Of a stretch of DNA of 64,000 bases, positions 1 to 14,833 are shown piece by piece. The notes under the pieces are model-generated. The model was not told the DNA's origin, did no database searches, and saw only the letters and a program-made list of their open reading frames with translations. The stretch lies in assembly GCF_009914755.1 (NCBI RefSeq), contig NC_060927.1; one strand, written 5' to 3'. The translations under genes and the position numbers were made by a program. Origin of the DNA: the human T2T-CHM13v2.0 reference genome, Homo sapiens. Within the stretch, counting starts at the first letter, position 1; each line of letters begins with the position of its first letter.

Positions 1-2326
<2,326 letters not shown>

Positions 2327-2503
2327 GTTTTAAACTTAGAAGTTGGCCCCTGCATACAAGCTGAGATTAAGCTGGTAAATTTATTCTATTTTCTAATGAC
2401 TGATCTCCTCTTGATTTTTTGGTTTGTTTTTGGTCTTATGCTAGGAAAGGCTTGATGTTCCTTGCCTAAAGAGGAGAAAATCACCTTAAAAGTCCAAATA
2501 GTA

Positions 2504-2820
2504 GGCCAGACACAGTGGTTCATGCCAGCACTTTGGGAGGCCAAGGCAGATGACTGCTTGAGCCTAGGAGTTTGAGATCAGCCTGGGCAACATGGCAAAA
2601 CCCTGTCTCTACAAAAAAAATACAAAAATTAGCCAGGTGTGGTGGCGCATGCCTGTAGTTCCAGCTAGTCCGGAGGCTGAGGTGGGAGGATCAGTTGAGC
2701 CCTGCTAGGTCAAGGTTGCAGTAAGCCATAATTGCACCGCCGTACTCTAGCCTCGGCAACAGAGTGAGACCCTGTCTCAAAAAATAAAATAAAATAAAAT
2801 AAAATAAAATAAAATAAAAA
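2504..2820 (+). mobile_element. Old Alu (AluJ-like) with (TAAAA)n tail
   Basis: Dimeric Alu; TSD gtccaaatagt at 2492-2502 and 2825-2835. Confidence 0.92.
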
Positions 2821-3185
2821 GAGGGTCCAAATAGTTTTCTGTATATAAACTAGGCTTCTAGGCTTGGTGCGGTTGGGATCCATTAGTTAATGGCTTAATG
2901 ATGATATCTCTTGTAAGTGATTTCTGAAAATTGGAAACAAATGGAATGATTCAAAACTGAGAAAGAGACAACTATTTATTTACATGTACTTCTCACTCCG
3001 AAGCCCGGACACTGGTAAAGTATTTCATTGTGGGGAATGAGATGCATTTTCACTTTGTACTGCTCAGCAGATGCCCCTATGCCTTCTATCCTAACTTTCC
3101 CAAGGATAAAAAGTATCTAAAAATTAATGTCATTTCTTTTCTCTTTTTCCCATACTTTTTTTCCAAACCACCCCCCACCCACCCC

Positions 3186-3322
3186 AATAGCTTTAGGAGT
3201 ACAAGTGGTTTTGGTTACATGGATAAATTGTGTAGTGGTGAGGTCTGGGCTTTTAGTGCACCCATCACCCAAATAGTGTGCATTGTACCCAACAGGTGAT
3301 TTTTTTGTTCCTCACCCCTTCT
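3186..3322 (-). mobile_element. Short L1 3'-end fragment (older L1PA/L1PB-like)
   Basis: 'gtacaagtggttttggttacatggataaattg...gcacccatcacccaaatagtg...cattgtacccaacagg' resembles an old primate L1 3' UTR. Confidence 0.75.
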
Positions 3323-4108
3323 TTTATTGTTGACTTAATTTTCTTTTTCATTCTCTCACTCAACATTTCCTTAATATACTCCAGTCCATCATCCAGATTA
3401 AACTTTAGAACTCTCTTAAACTAAACAAAATGGCCTTTCAAATTACTTGCCTTCCTTTCAAAACCCCCATTCTGCTTTACTTAATAAATATCCCTTCTGC
3501 CATCAGTTCTCCCATTACAGCTTATTAGTCTTTCTGTACTATGCTCTTGCTTTGGGGTAATCAAACAATCTGAGCCTTCACTGAAAGAAATGAGTTCCTG
3601 GCACATGTAGATACATCTTGAACTTCTAGAATATTAATTTAAGTCTAGAGATGTAGTGTGTATTGCTGACAGTTTAGGGCAAATCTGTCTTTCACAAACC
3701 ACTCACAGGAGCCTTGAGGATCTAGGCCTTTGTTTTTGTAAGCAGTAAGTTATATTATGTTGGTCATTAGGGCCTGTAATTTTGTTTCCTTGACAGTTAC
3801 GTGAGACTAATTCAAGTCACTTCACTGATGAAGAAAACTAAAACCAAAACAATAAATCTTGAACATAATCTTCCACATACCTGAGGCAATTGGGACTTCA
3901 TATTGTTTTTATTTTAGCAACAATATTGTTTAGCAACATTACTCAAGAAAATGGTTCCTATCTTTATTAATGCTTCCTAGTCTGTTTTTCTCCCATTATA
4001 GCTTCAGTTTTTAGTATGTTTGTTGAATGAATTAATGAATAACTAAATGAATAAAAAGCTATTATTTCTTTCTTAGATGTAGTGACAGTCCTAGAAAAAG
4101 TAAGACTT

Positions 4109-4423
4109 GGCCAGGCACGTTGGCTCATGCCTGTAATCCCAGCACTTTGGGAGGCCAAGGCAGGCAGATCACAAGGTCATGGGCTTGAGACCAGCCTGGC
4201 CAATATGGTGAAACCCCATCTCTACTAAAAATACAAAAAAACTAGCTGGGCATGGTGATGCACGCCTGTAGTCCCAACTACTCAGGAGGCTGAGGCAGGA
4301 GAATCACTTGAGCCCAGGAAATGGAGGTTGCAGAGAGCCAAGACTGTGCCACTGCACTTCAGCCTGGGCAATAGAGGGAGACTCTGTCTCAAAAAAAAAA
4401 AAAAAAAAAAAGAAAGAAAGAAA
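4109..4423 (+). mobile_element. AluS-type element
   Basis: Dimeric Alu with A/GAAA tail; TSD gaaaaagtaagacttg on both sides. Confidence 0.93.
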
Positions 4424-4435
4424 GAAAAAGTAAGA

Positions 4436-5869
4436 CTTGTCCAAAGTCCCATACCAAATCTGTGAACTCCTGGGCCTAATTCTCTGCTAAGGCAATGAAG
4501 ATAGACCTGCAAAGTCATTCTTATTATCCATGCACTTGTATAAGATCCATTAGGATTGATCAGCTTCTGAGAGAATTTTTAAATTGCAGATGGACTGTAT
4601 AGATGGTGAGGATCATGGTGTCAGATGGCATGGTCTTTGAATCTTGACTCTAACCTTCACTGGCTGTGAGAACTTGGGCCAGTCATTCAAATTTTATAAT
4701 CCTCATCTGTAAAATGAGGATATTAATATCTACTTTATATGATTAAATGAGTAAATGTGATTGCTACTATTATTATAAGTATTATGATATAGCTGTCAAA
4801 TTATTCTTGACTTTAAGAAGAGCACTCAATAAGTTGCTATATTGGAATCATATGTGTAAAGAGATGATAGTACTCAAATGACAAGTTTTCTCTAGATTCT
4901 TAATGTGCTGTAATGGGATCAGAGTGTTTATTTATAACTGTAGGTTGAAATAGACTTGGGGGCAGAAAGGAAGAACAGAGGCTATTCACTAAGAGTATTG
5001 AAACAGGGAATTCTTGTTTTTGTTTTGATAGTTAAATTCTCTACTGGCATATTTCTGTTGTCTATATTAGGAATTTATTTCTGGCACGACAGTCTCTACT
5101 CATTCAGATATTTTCTTCCTCTGCATTGTGATGCTGGAATAGAAAGTGTGTCAAAAGTCTTTGTGACTAGGACAGACTCTAAAATGAATCCCAAACTGTC
5201 TGTGTAGTTTGTTCCTACTCAGAATCAGGATAACCAGTCAGCTCAAGGGGAAAATAAAAATATTCAAAATGGTTGTTTGGCCTCTTTTAGAGGTAGCAAT
5301 GTTGCGTGATTTTTAAAAAAAACCTCTTGGGAGTCTATTCCTTCAGCATTTTGTAGATGAGTCATAGTCGCCACATGACTGTTTTCTGTAGTGAGAGTGA
5401 CTAACAGATTCAGTTTCAAATGTCAGGGTCCACACATGGAGATTACTGACAAGGATAAACCAGACTCAGGTGCACTCAGAGCAAGGCCAGATCATAGTGC
5501 CCTCTGAAATGACACAAACAGAATTAGCACAAAATACAAGAGATGTGTCCCTTACAGAAATAACCCAACCACTTGGATGGTTTATTTATTATTGATGGTT
5601 AATCAGTGGCATCTACCAGAACTCTCCAAAGGAGACCAACAAAAGATTGTCACTAATATGAGATTCAAGTGCCATGCCACCTGAGACCATGATTCTCACC
5701 ATCTGTACAGTTCATCCACAATTAAACAACTTTCTCAGAAGCAGACTAATCGTAATGGATCTTATACAAGTACGTGAATAATGATAATGATTTTGCTGAT
5801 CTATCTTCATTGCCTTAGCAGAGAATTAGGCCCAGGAGTTCAAAGATTTGGTAAGGGGCTTTGGACAAG
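4436..5869. repeat. Long inverted repeat, arms 4436-4644 and 5661-5869
   Basis: Manual ungapped alignment of the left arm with the reverse complement of the right arm gives about 180/209 identities, including a 43-bp perfect stretch. Confidence 0.92.
4610..4765 (+). mobile_element. MIR
   Basis: MIR core 'ctggctgtgagaacttgggccagtca...cctcatctgtaaaatgaggatattaata'. Confidence 0.7.
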
Positions 5870-8800
5870 ATGTCACTGACACAAGTAAGATAGGCTATGA
5901 GTTGAGTATTATAACATGCCTAGAATAATACCCTAAGGAAGATGGGGGCTGCATAAAGACTAGATAAAGTCTCCATCTTTTCCCAAAATAATTTGCCAGT
6001 TTCTTCACCACTAGCGAAACAGAGAGAACAAGACCCTGTTTTTGAAGGACACAACTATTCTGGTAACCTGAAAAGTGTTCTTGGGTGGAGTTTGGAAGAG
6101 TTCTCTTGTCTCTGTTGCAGCCTGAATGGCACATTTCACAAGACTGTCTGTCCCACTCCATTAATCCTGACACTGTGCCCACAGGTTATCTTTGACCACT
6201 CATTTGGTTTTCTCATGGTCCTGCTATTAGGAAGGAAATAGCCTGGGCCACACTTAGAAGCATCTTCTATTGTATGTGGCTATATTGGCATCTAGCTAAC
6301 AAATCAGTCTCTTGGGACCTGGGGAGCATGGCTAGATTCTTCAGAGCTGGATCACTCTTGATAAAACTGATAAAATTAAGCTTCTGTACCTAATTAGCCT
6401 GATCAGCCTGTGAGACAATTGTGACCCTACAAAGCCCTACCTGAGAAGCTAGTTCTGGGGTTTCTTTCCTCTCTTACTTGCTTCTCTTTTCAATATAATC
6501 TTTACTGAAATACCATCTGGTTTTGTCTTAAAACGATTCCTGAGAAGTTATGTATAAATGGAAAATTTTAGTTCAATTGATTTAAAAAAGTCTTTTATCA
6601 ATGTGATCTTTGTCTACAGTAATGAAATGCATCATGGTGATCAATCCAGGCAAAATACCCTGCCCCTGAAGCAGAAGTGGTTTGGCAGTTGTCTTTTTTC
6701 ACTTTCTTGGCCACTCCCAATCTTGCTTAAATCCATCTAATTGCCCAATTGCCTGGTCTCTGGGATTATGAATCTAATATCCTGCCACTTACAGTAAACT
6801 CTGGGTGAGCTTTGCCTTATTCTCAAATGATGGGAGCCATGGACTCTGCCCTTTTTCTTCCTGAGCACACTGTTTCCTATGGTGATCACTACCTGAGTGG
6901 TGGCATTGATCATAAATATCCTAGACCAGAAAGTATGTCAAACTCTTCCCTAACCAGCTTCTTAATGTGATAGATGGGCCAATACAGCATGAAGGATAAC
7001 AAGTTGTGGGAATTCTAGAAAAGGTCCTGGAATGAACCTCAGAGCACATGCAATCAGTCATTTCTATCCATCCTGTGGGGTTGTGCAAGGAGTGAGGGAG
7101 CCTGAGAGTGGGAAATGCCATGTTATTTATCCTTGGGAAATAGCAGTATAGTGTGAAGGGCAAAGCCCTGGACTGGGAGTCAGGGAATCTAGTCACCGTA
7201 CTGCTTTTAACTGAGCAAACCTGGGCAAGTGGCTTCACCTCTCTGGGTCTCAGTTTCTATTCTCATCAACTGAATGGATTAGCTTAGGTGATTTCTATTA
7301 AATGCTTATTGAATGAAGGGTGGAGGAAAAGTGGTTAGAGAGAAAGGGAAGTAAGAAGTAACTGATTTTAGAAACCTAAATATACAGAGACTAGATTAAT
7401 TTGGCTATAAGGTGAAATTTAAGACCATAAGCCTGGATAAATTATTAGGAGCATGTAGATGAGGGAAAAATTCAACCCTGTTACAAAGAGGGCTGAAACT
7501 CTGGAGTCTGAAATCCTATCTCTTATGTGCTCTGTGTGCAGGCAGCTTCATCTTTCTGAAGCCTCCCTCATCTAGAAAATAGAGAGACTGTGATAATTTA
7601 TATGCAAGCATGAACAGCATATTATTTACAGAACCACCAGAGATTAAGATGCCTTCTGTTCAGGCTGTGACTCCATAATCTCTGGCAGTTTGAAATGAGG
7701 AGGCAGGGGAGGATGTGTGTGGCAGGCAAAGGATGTCATGCTCATGTGTTAGTGTACTGTCTGTCTGTGTTTCTGAAGAGAATGCTGTATGTAGAAGGAG
7801 CTCAGAATGTAGAAGCAGGGTCTTATCTATCACCTGCTTGTAATTAAGGAACAATGGTATAGCTTCATAGTGAACAATGGAAAACTTGAGCTTCATGAAT
7901 ATTTAGTAGTCACTTTGTGTGTTACATTGGGTTATGCTCAATTGATGGCTAAAATTCCCAAAGGCAGCACAGAGCAGGACAAAATGCTATGAACTGAGAG
8001 GAGGGACTAGGTTCTAGCTCTTATACTGCCACAAATTTACTAGCTGACTTTGGGCAAGTCACTCAATATCTCTGGGTTTTAACTACTTCAACTGTAATAC
8101 ATAGGGAAAAGAGCATGGTAGGGTGATTTCTGAGATTTCTTCTAGTTACAAGATTGGACTCCATGAGCCCTGAATTCAAATGATATTCCTAAGATACTCA
8201 TAAAATCCCTGTTCAAAGGATAAGCCCCTGGCTGAATAAATACATCCACCTATCTGTATTCAAGTTTCTTCAGTCCTTCCAGTATGACCTCCCACCAGCC
8301 AGATAAGGTCAGCCTGCACTTGTATCATTTCTGTTCACACCTTCAGCATTTGCTTATGCTGGTCCCATTTCTACAATAGCTTTCTCTCTCATTTATCCAC
8401 CTGAAAAAATATTATATACCATTCAAGATACTGTTCAATTATAATTTCCTCTGTGGAAGTGAATTGTTTCCTGGTCTCTCCTTGGAGGCTCCCTCATAAT
8501 ATGTTATAGCATGTGTCATGTTGCATACATAATTAGTGGGGATTACATCTGTGGAACTTTCAGATTACTGGTGACTTGAGGCAGGGATTATGTCTCATAT
8601 CCAGTGCCTAGCTAGGCCCATGCTTGTCATAAAACAAGTGAATATTACAATGTTTCTTCAATAAATTGCAAAGATAGTCATTTTAGAATCATGATTTACT
8701 GATTTTGCATCCCTAAATGCCAACCTTTAGGCCAGCTCTCACATTATAGGCATATTAACCTGCTGGGAATCTTTGCCCCTGCAGAGGTTGGAGGAGGCTT

Positions 8801-9019
8801 TTTGTAGGAGCTTCTGGGGGCTAATTTTAAAACCACTGATCTCTGACCCCATTGTTTTACTTATTGGTAAACTTACTGGAAGTCTGGTCATACTTCTGAA
8901 CAATAACTACTACAGACCTCACATGAGCATGGCTGGATTTCACCTGTGGGTGGAGATGAAAAGTAAACGCTCTCTGTCTGCATCAATTGGAGAATTAGGG
9001 ACCAGGAACAGCACATTAC

Positions 9020-9231
9020 TTAGAGCGGTATTTTTCAGTGGGGGTGGAGTGCTATTGGCATTTTGGACAGGACATTTTTTATTCTGCAGGATTTTTCTGT
9101 CTAGTGCAGGATATTTAACATTCTAGATCCCAGTCCACCAAAAGTCAGTAGTAACTCCCCTCTCCTCCAGTATCTGTGACAATATAAAATACCCCTTATT
9201 GAGGTGACATTGCCTCAGGTTGAGGACCATT
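9020..9231. mobile_element. hAT-Charlie DNA transposon remnant (MER20-like)
   Basis: 'gtgctattggcattttggacagg...gtgcaggatatttaacatt...gcctcaggttgaggaccatt'. Confidence 0.55.
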
Positions 9232-9666
9232 AATTTGGAAGAAACCAGGAGGCCTCTCCTATTGTAAGTGCCATTTTCTAGATTTACAAATTTAAATCCA
9301 AGCTCTTCTTAACCTTGAAGACATTGATTTAGCTGTCAACCCTGGTTCAGAATTGGGTATCAACAGCTTGAGAGTAATTTCTGGCTGGGAAAGACTGAAA
9401 GGATGGAAAACCCATCTCTTTCCTCTGGACTAACTCTATGGTTAACAAGGAGCTTTAATTAATGCCATCTCACTGGCCCTATTTGTAATGTGAGGGGCAA
9501 GATCTATTACCCCTATTTTAAAGGTAAGGAAGTTCAGTCTTGAAGTAGTGAATGGTGCTGGCCCAAGTGTCACAGGTAGTACATTTCAAAGCTGAGTCTG
9601 GAAAGCAGATCTTCTGACTCCTAGGCCATCCCGCTCCCCACAGAGTATCTAGAAAACCACAGAGGA

Positions 9667-9977
<311 letters not shown>

Positions 9978-12900
9978 AGAAAACCACAGAGGAAGAAGTA
10001 GAGTTATGTATTCCGTAATTGGCCTTGGTGTTGATGGGATATGTAGCTAGTTTAACAAGCCAGAAACTAGAGCTAAAGAATAAACATGTATATTTGACTA
10101 CTGTCAGAGCATTCTCAGCTGGTTAGATATACCATATTAAGAGCTAAATGCCCATTTGTATATTCAGTACATTGAAATACACAGTGAAACAGATGGGTAC
10201 TGTGGTGTATTGTATTTATGACTAATTTGTTAACATAGGATTAATGAGAAGAAAACGATTTTCACAACATGATTTTGAAAGTTTTAGTCTTAGCCTTGAC
10301 CCAAGCCTACCTCCAGGAAATGACACTCTGGGAGCTCTCCCTCTCTACTGTAAAAGCTGTCTAGATTGTTACACTGAGTCAAAAACCTAAAGGCAGAAGC
10401 TAGAAGACTCTACTGAACAGTAAAGATGTGGTGGGCTGACCTTTATAGCATTAGAAGGTGCTGGATTGATCCTGCACCAGCATCCATCTATTTCTGGTGG
10501 TGTGGCTGGCCACACATTCTGGGAAGAGGCAGAAGAGTGGTCCTCACCACATGCAGCCACCTGCACAGCACCAACATTCAATGCTGAATCACGTAAACAA
10601 TTGGTCAATGACATCAATTGCAAAAGCACAAGAGCCATCTTACAGAAAGACAATGTAGATTCCCACACACAGGACTGAAGTTCTATTCACCATCTTGGTT
10701 GCTCTTCTAGTAAAAAATTGAGCTAAAATAGAAATTCTCCAGAGAATTGGCTGGTGTGTCAAGTGGCTATAAATGGCACACATCAGCTATCTATCTGTCA
10801 GATTTGTGGTTTTTATAGAGGTGGTGTAGCATGGTAGCACAAACTTGTTACCTGTGTCAAATTGGGCAGGTAATTTAACTACTTTAGTATCCAGGTTTCT
10901 CATCTGTAAAATGGCGATGATAGCATTACCAACCTTATAAAGTCATAGTAATTGTATATAAGTATTAGCTATCATTATCATTATTGTTTCCAGGTAAGGT
11001 ACTAGCATGAAATTCAGAACTTCTGATAAATAATGATGTAAAAATAAGAATCTTGATTTATGTTTAATTCTTCGGTCTTAAGGAGGCAAATAATGGATTA
11101 TTCAAGCTCTTGGCCCTATTTCATCGAACCATAGAATGTTATGGCTTGCAGGATATTGTACACTATTTAATCTAAATAACTTCTTTTAGGGATGAAGATT
11201 AAAAAGTAAGAAGAGTTAAATCCTTGCCTAAGTTCTTGCAACATGGATGATGCTGAGGTTTTGAATCTTTTTCTATGGCTTATAGTTCCACCCCTGAAAT
11301 TTCTACCTGCTGACCATCCTTGACCAGTAGTTCTTTCACCTGGAGGTACAAAGGGAAATAATCTGAAATCCAAACACATACTCTTTCCTACTCCCTGAAT
11401 CTTTGAGAAAAGATAAACCTGAATCTTTGATAAACTCATAGACTAAACAAGTTTTCATGACTAATGAAATGATGCATGATGTTAAAAAATGCAGAGTGGG
11501 TTCTATAATTGCCTGAGAGAGAGAAGACTCAAGTCATATTCCTCTGACATCAACTCAGGTGAGTGTTCCCAGCATCAATTTCTCTCTAAAGTGAGAGAGT
11601 TCAGTTATGTGATTGTTATAAAATATTGACATAATAATATGTTGTATAATCTCTAACAAACAATTAAGCCTTTCCATTTCTGAAGACCATTTTGTCAACA
11701 GAATGTTTAAACACCTGGGTGCAATTGTTTCTTATTTACTGATTATTTTTCAAAAACATGGAAAAATTTTTTTAAAATGAAGAGAAAATGAGAACCAGCT
11801 TGATCATTTGTTGTTCATTGGGTTGGAATATTTTGCCTTTGGCAAATAAGAATCAGTTAATTCTAGGCGTTTCCTTATTGACTTGCTAGAATAGAATGAG
11901 CTGTTTTTCTTTCATTTTTGTCAGTAATCACCAGTTAAAACCGTTAAAGGGAAGCCTTATTATTCCTGGAAAAGGATAATATTCTGTAAACCATCAGACT
12001 GCAATGTCGCTAGTTCTCCTCTAATTAATATATGTGCTTTCATTCTAAGCTAAGCTTCTTCTGAATTTAGGAACAATAGCAATTGCCTGCTGCTATCATG
12101 AAGGCCAGCCAAATACTTTCTGAAGGAAATGACAGGTATCTCTTCAAGATAAGAGTGGAAAAGAACACACAACTCCATTTAAGCTTTGAGTTTCTGAAGT
12201 TGCCTCATCACAGTGAAATGCAAGGCCCTTGGGCTGATTTGTGCTTTGTTTTCTGGGTGAAGCAGCAAGACACGGTTCTCAGGAGTAGTCTATCTTGGCC
12301 ATCACTATTTATGCCCCGAGAAGGGCTAGAAGTGTGGTTATTAGGGTAAGATTTGATATACTGTGTTTGCCTCCTGTTTTATTTGCTAAAGGAAAATGCC
12401 ATAGGGAATACTGAATTCTTGGTAGAGATAGACGAGTGTATGGCATGAATTAACCTGGAACAATGGTCTGAATTCACCAAATATTTATTGATCATCCATG
12501 TGTTCCAAACATCCTTAACCACAACATTTTTGTGTCAAAATAGGACATTCTTCAACTATGTTATTGATTAAATGGATGATTGTATGCTATTAGGATTTGT
12601 TTCAAAGCTACATTGTCAGTTCTCTTTATCTCTTGGGATCTACAATTAGAGAAATCCTTTAAGCTACAGACAGAGAAGAACTCTTTTCAGCTCCAAGGTA
12701 ATGGCATTTTCCCCTTTCCAAAATCCAGGTCTTTCCAAGAGGTAAACAAGTCCAATGAAGTGAATAAATCATGACGCCCAACAACATATGTTTATTGTTA
12801 AAGCTAGCATCATCTACTAGAGGCCAGAGTTAACAGCTTCGCTTATTTTTCCTTCAGTAATATAGTCCCATATGCAACAAAGGCTTGAGGACAGCAGGCT

Positions 12901-14622
12901 TGACCAGAAACAGTGGCTAAGTGTATATCTCAACTATTTACCTGGCAGAGCATCTTACAAGGTAGCATCTATACCTTTGTTAACTCTAAACAAAGGTAAA
13001 CTAGATCTCTGGAACTGGAGATAAAACCTCATGCCCTTGGTCATACTCAGCTTGATTCTCAGGTGCTTTGTTAATGAATGAATGAATAAATAAAGTGACT
13101 TCGTTGAGTTTTCAAGATGATAAAACCTAATAAATACAGTGAAGAAACATCTGATGGAATAGCTTTGTTTCCAGGCTTATTTTCTACAATATCTGAGCAC
13201 TGTGTTAATCTTTGTGTTATAAGAGAAAAATATTTAAGTATCAAAATCGTGAGCCACTATAGAAGGTATGGCTGCATCTGAAAAGCAGTTTTACTTGACG
13301 CATAAATAGCATACACAGATCAAAGTGCGGGAGTAGGTCATAGATGCCAGGTTTGGGAGTAAATGTTAGCCAGATGCATAAGGTTCTCCTAATGACCCCA
13401 ACAGATTTCAACTTAGAGAATGAATAAAGACTTGTTATTTAAGGTTAGAATCCCTAATGCAAACTCAATAATTCAGTCAAGTTAATGACCTTCACTTTTG
13501 TTTTGGTTTAATCAATGCATGAAATAGAATTATTCTTGTTCTGATTGATCTATGAGAATGGATAGAAGCTCATTTCAATTTGTAATTAGTAAAAATATGT
13601 TTTGAAAATTATCCCTCTCACCCCCTCACACTGAGGAATATCCATAATGCTTGTATTTTGTTATTTCTGAACCCCTATTACCATGATGGGTTCATTATTG
13701 ATGATTACTTAAAAACTATTAGTTAAAAGGTAAAAGCTGTTCCAAACAACTTAGATTTCCTAGTTATTATTTTTTTTAATCCTGAGAAGAAAATGTTCAG
13801 GACCAAATAAACTAAACAACAAACAATGCACGGTATTTCAATTAATAGAATCTAACCAATCAGAAATTTCAATAACTAAATTTTTTCTTCACCGTTCCAC
13901 TTTTCAGTGAAATAAATGACCACAAAGGCAAAAATACAGTCATATCAGATTAAAATCATTCAGAAATGCATTCAGCCTGAACTACCCTATTTGTACATTG
14001 TACCATATCTATATAAAATAATAAACCATTGCAGATTCAATCATGCTCCTTACAAAGTACTTTCGTATACCTACACTTTGAGTTTTACAATAGTCCTTTG
14101 AGATAGTTATGGCAATTCTCATCAACATCTTAGAGATGGAGAAATGGAGCTCTAGAGGGCCTCATAATGTCACCAAGTAGTATGTGACACCTGTACTACT
14201 GACTCCAAGTCTTATATTCTTTCCATGTCTATCATACTATGATTACTAAGACAAGATAAACACACACACATGTTATTACATATACATGTAATCTATAAAC
14301 TTGGATTTTGAATTGGAACTTTCAGATTGTATCTAAGTCAAAATTCATGAAACCAGCAAACCTCATTCATGGAATATTTTACTTTATAGTAACATAGAAT
14401 TCATATGAAGCAAACTCCAGAGGCTACCAGCTCCTTAAGTAAGACATGCACACTCCTTCATAGCCTAATTGTCCTAGGTATCTTTGGGCTACTGGTGATG
14501 TATTAGGCATAAGTGGCTTTTTCTTTCTTTCTTGGCAGAAGATTCAAAGAAGAGTAGGTCCTTACTTCTTCCCAGTTCCTAGTTCTTGGTTGCTGTGAGG
14601 GTGTGTTTAGTACTGTCTAAAG

Positions 14623-14833
14623 CAGCATTTTTCAACACAACTTTCTTAAATGATAAAAATTTTCTGATATCTGCCCTGTCCAACACAGTTGTCATTAGCC
14701 ATATAGAGTTATTGAGCACTTGAAATATGACTAGTGTGACTGGGGGGCTAAATTTTTAATTTTAAAAAGTTTAATTAAAATTTAATTATAAATAGTTACA
14801 TGTGGCTAGCAACTACCATGTTGGACAGAGCAG
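14623..14833. mobile_element. MER3-like hAT-Charlie MITE
   Basis: 'ctgtccaacacag...gagcacttgaaatatgactagtgtgactg...atgtggctagcaactaccatgttggacag', with the characteristic internal inverted structure. Confidence 0.75.

Noticed and set aside
10980-11000. ttgtttccAG|GTAAGG, resembling a recursive splice site
   Set aside because: It is on the plus strand, opposite to the inferred host gene, and at a MIR edge.
12743-12772. Apparent peptide repeat EVNKSNEVNKS in ORF 12580-12774
   Set aside because: Short degenerate repeat in a small ORF with no splice or coding context.
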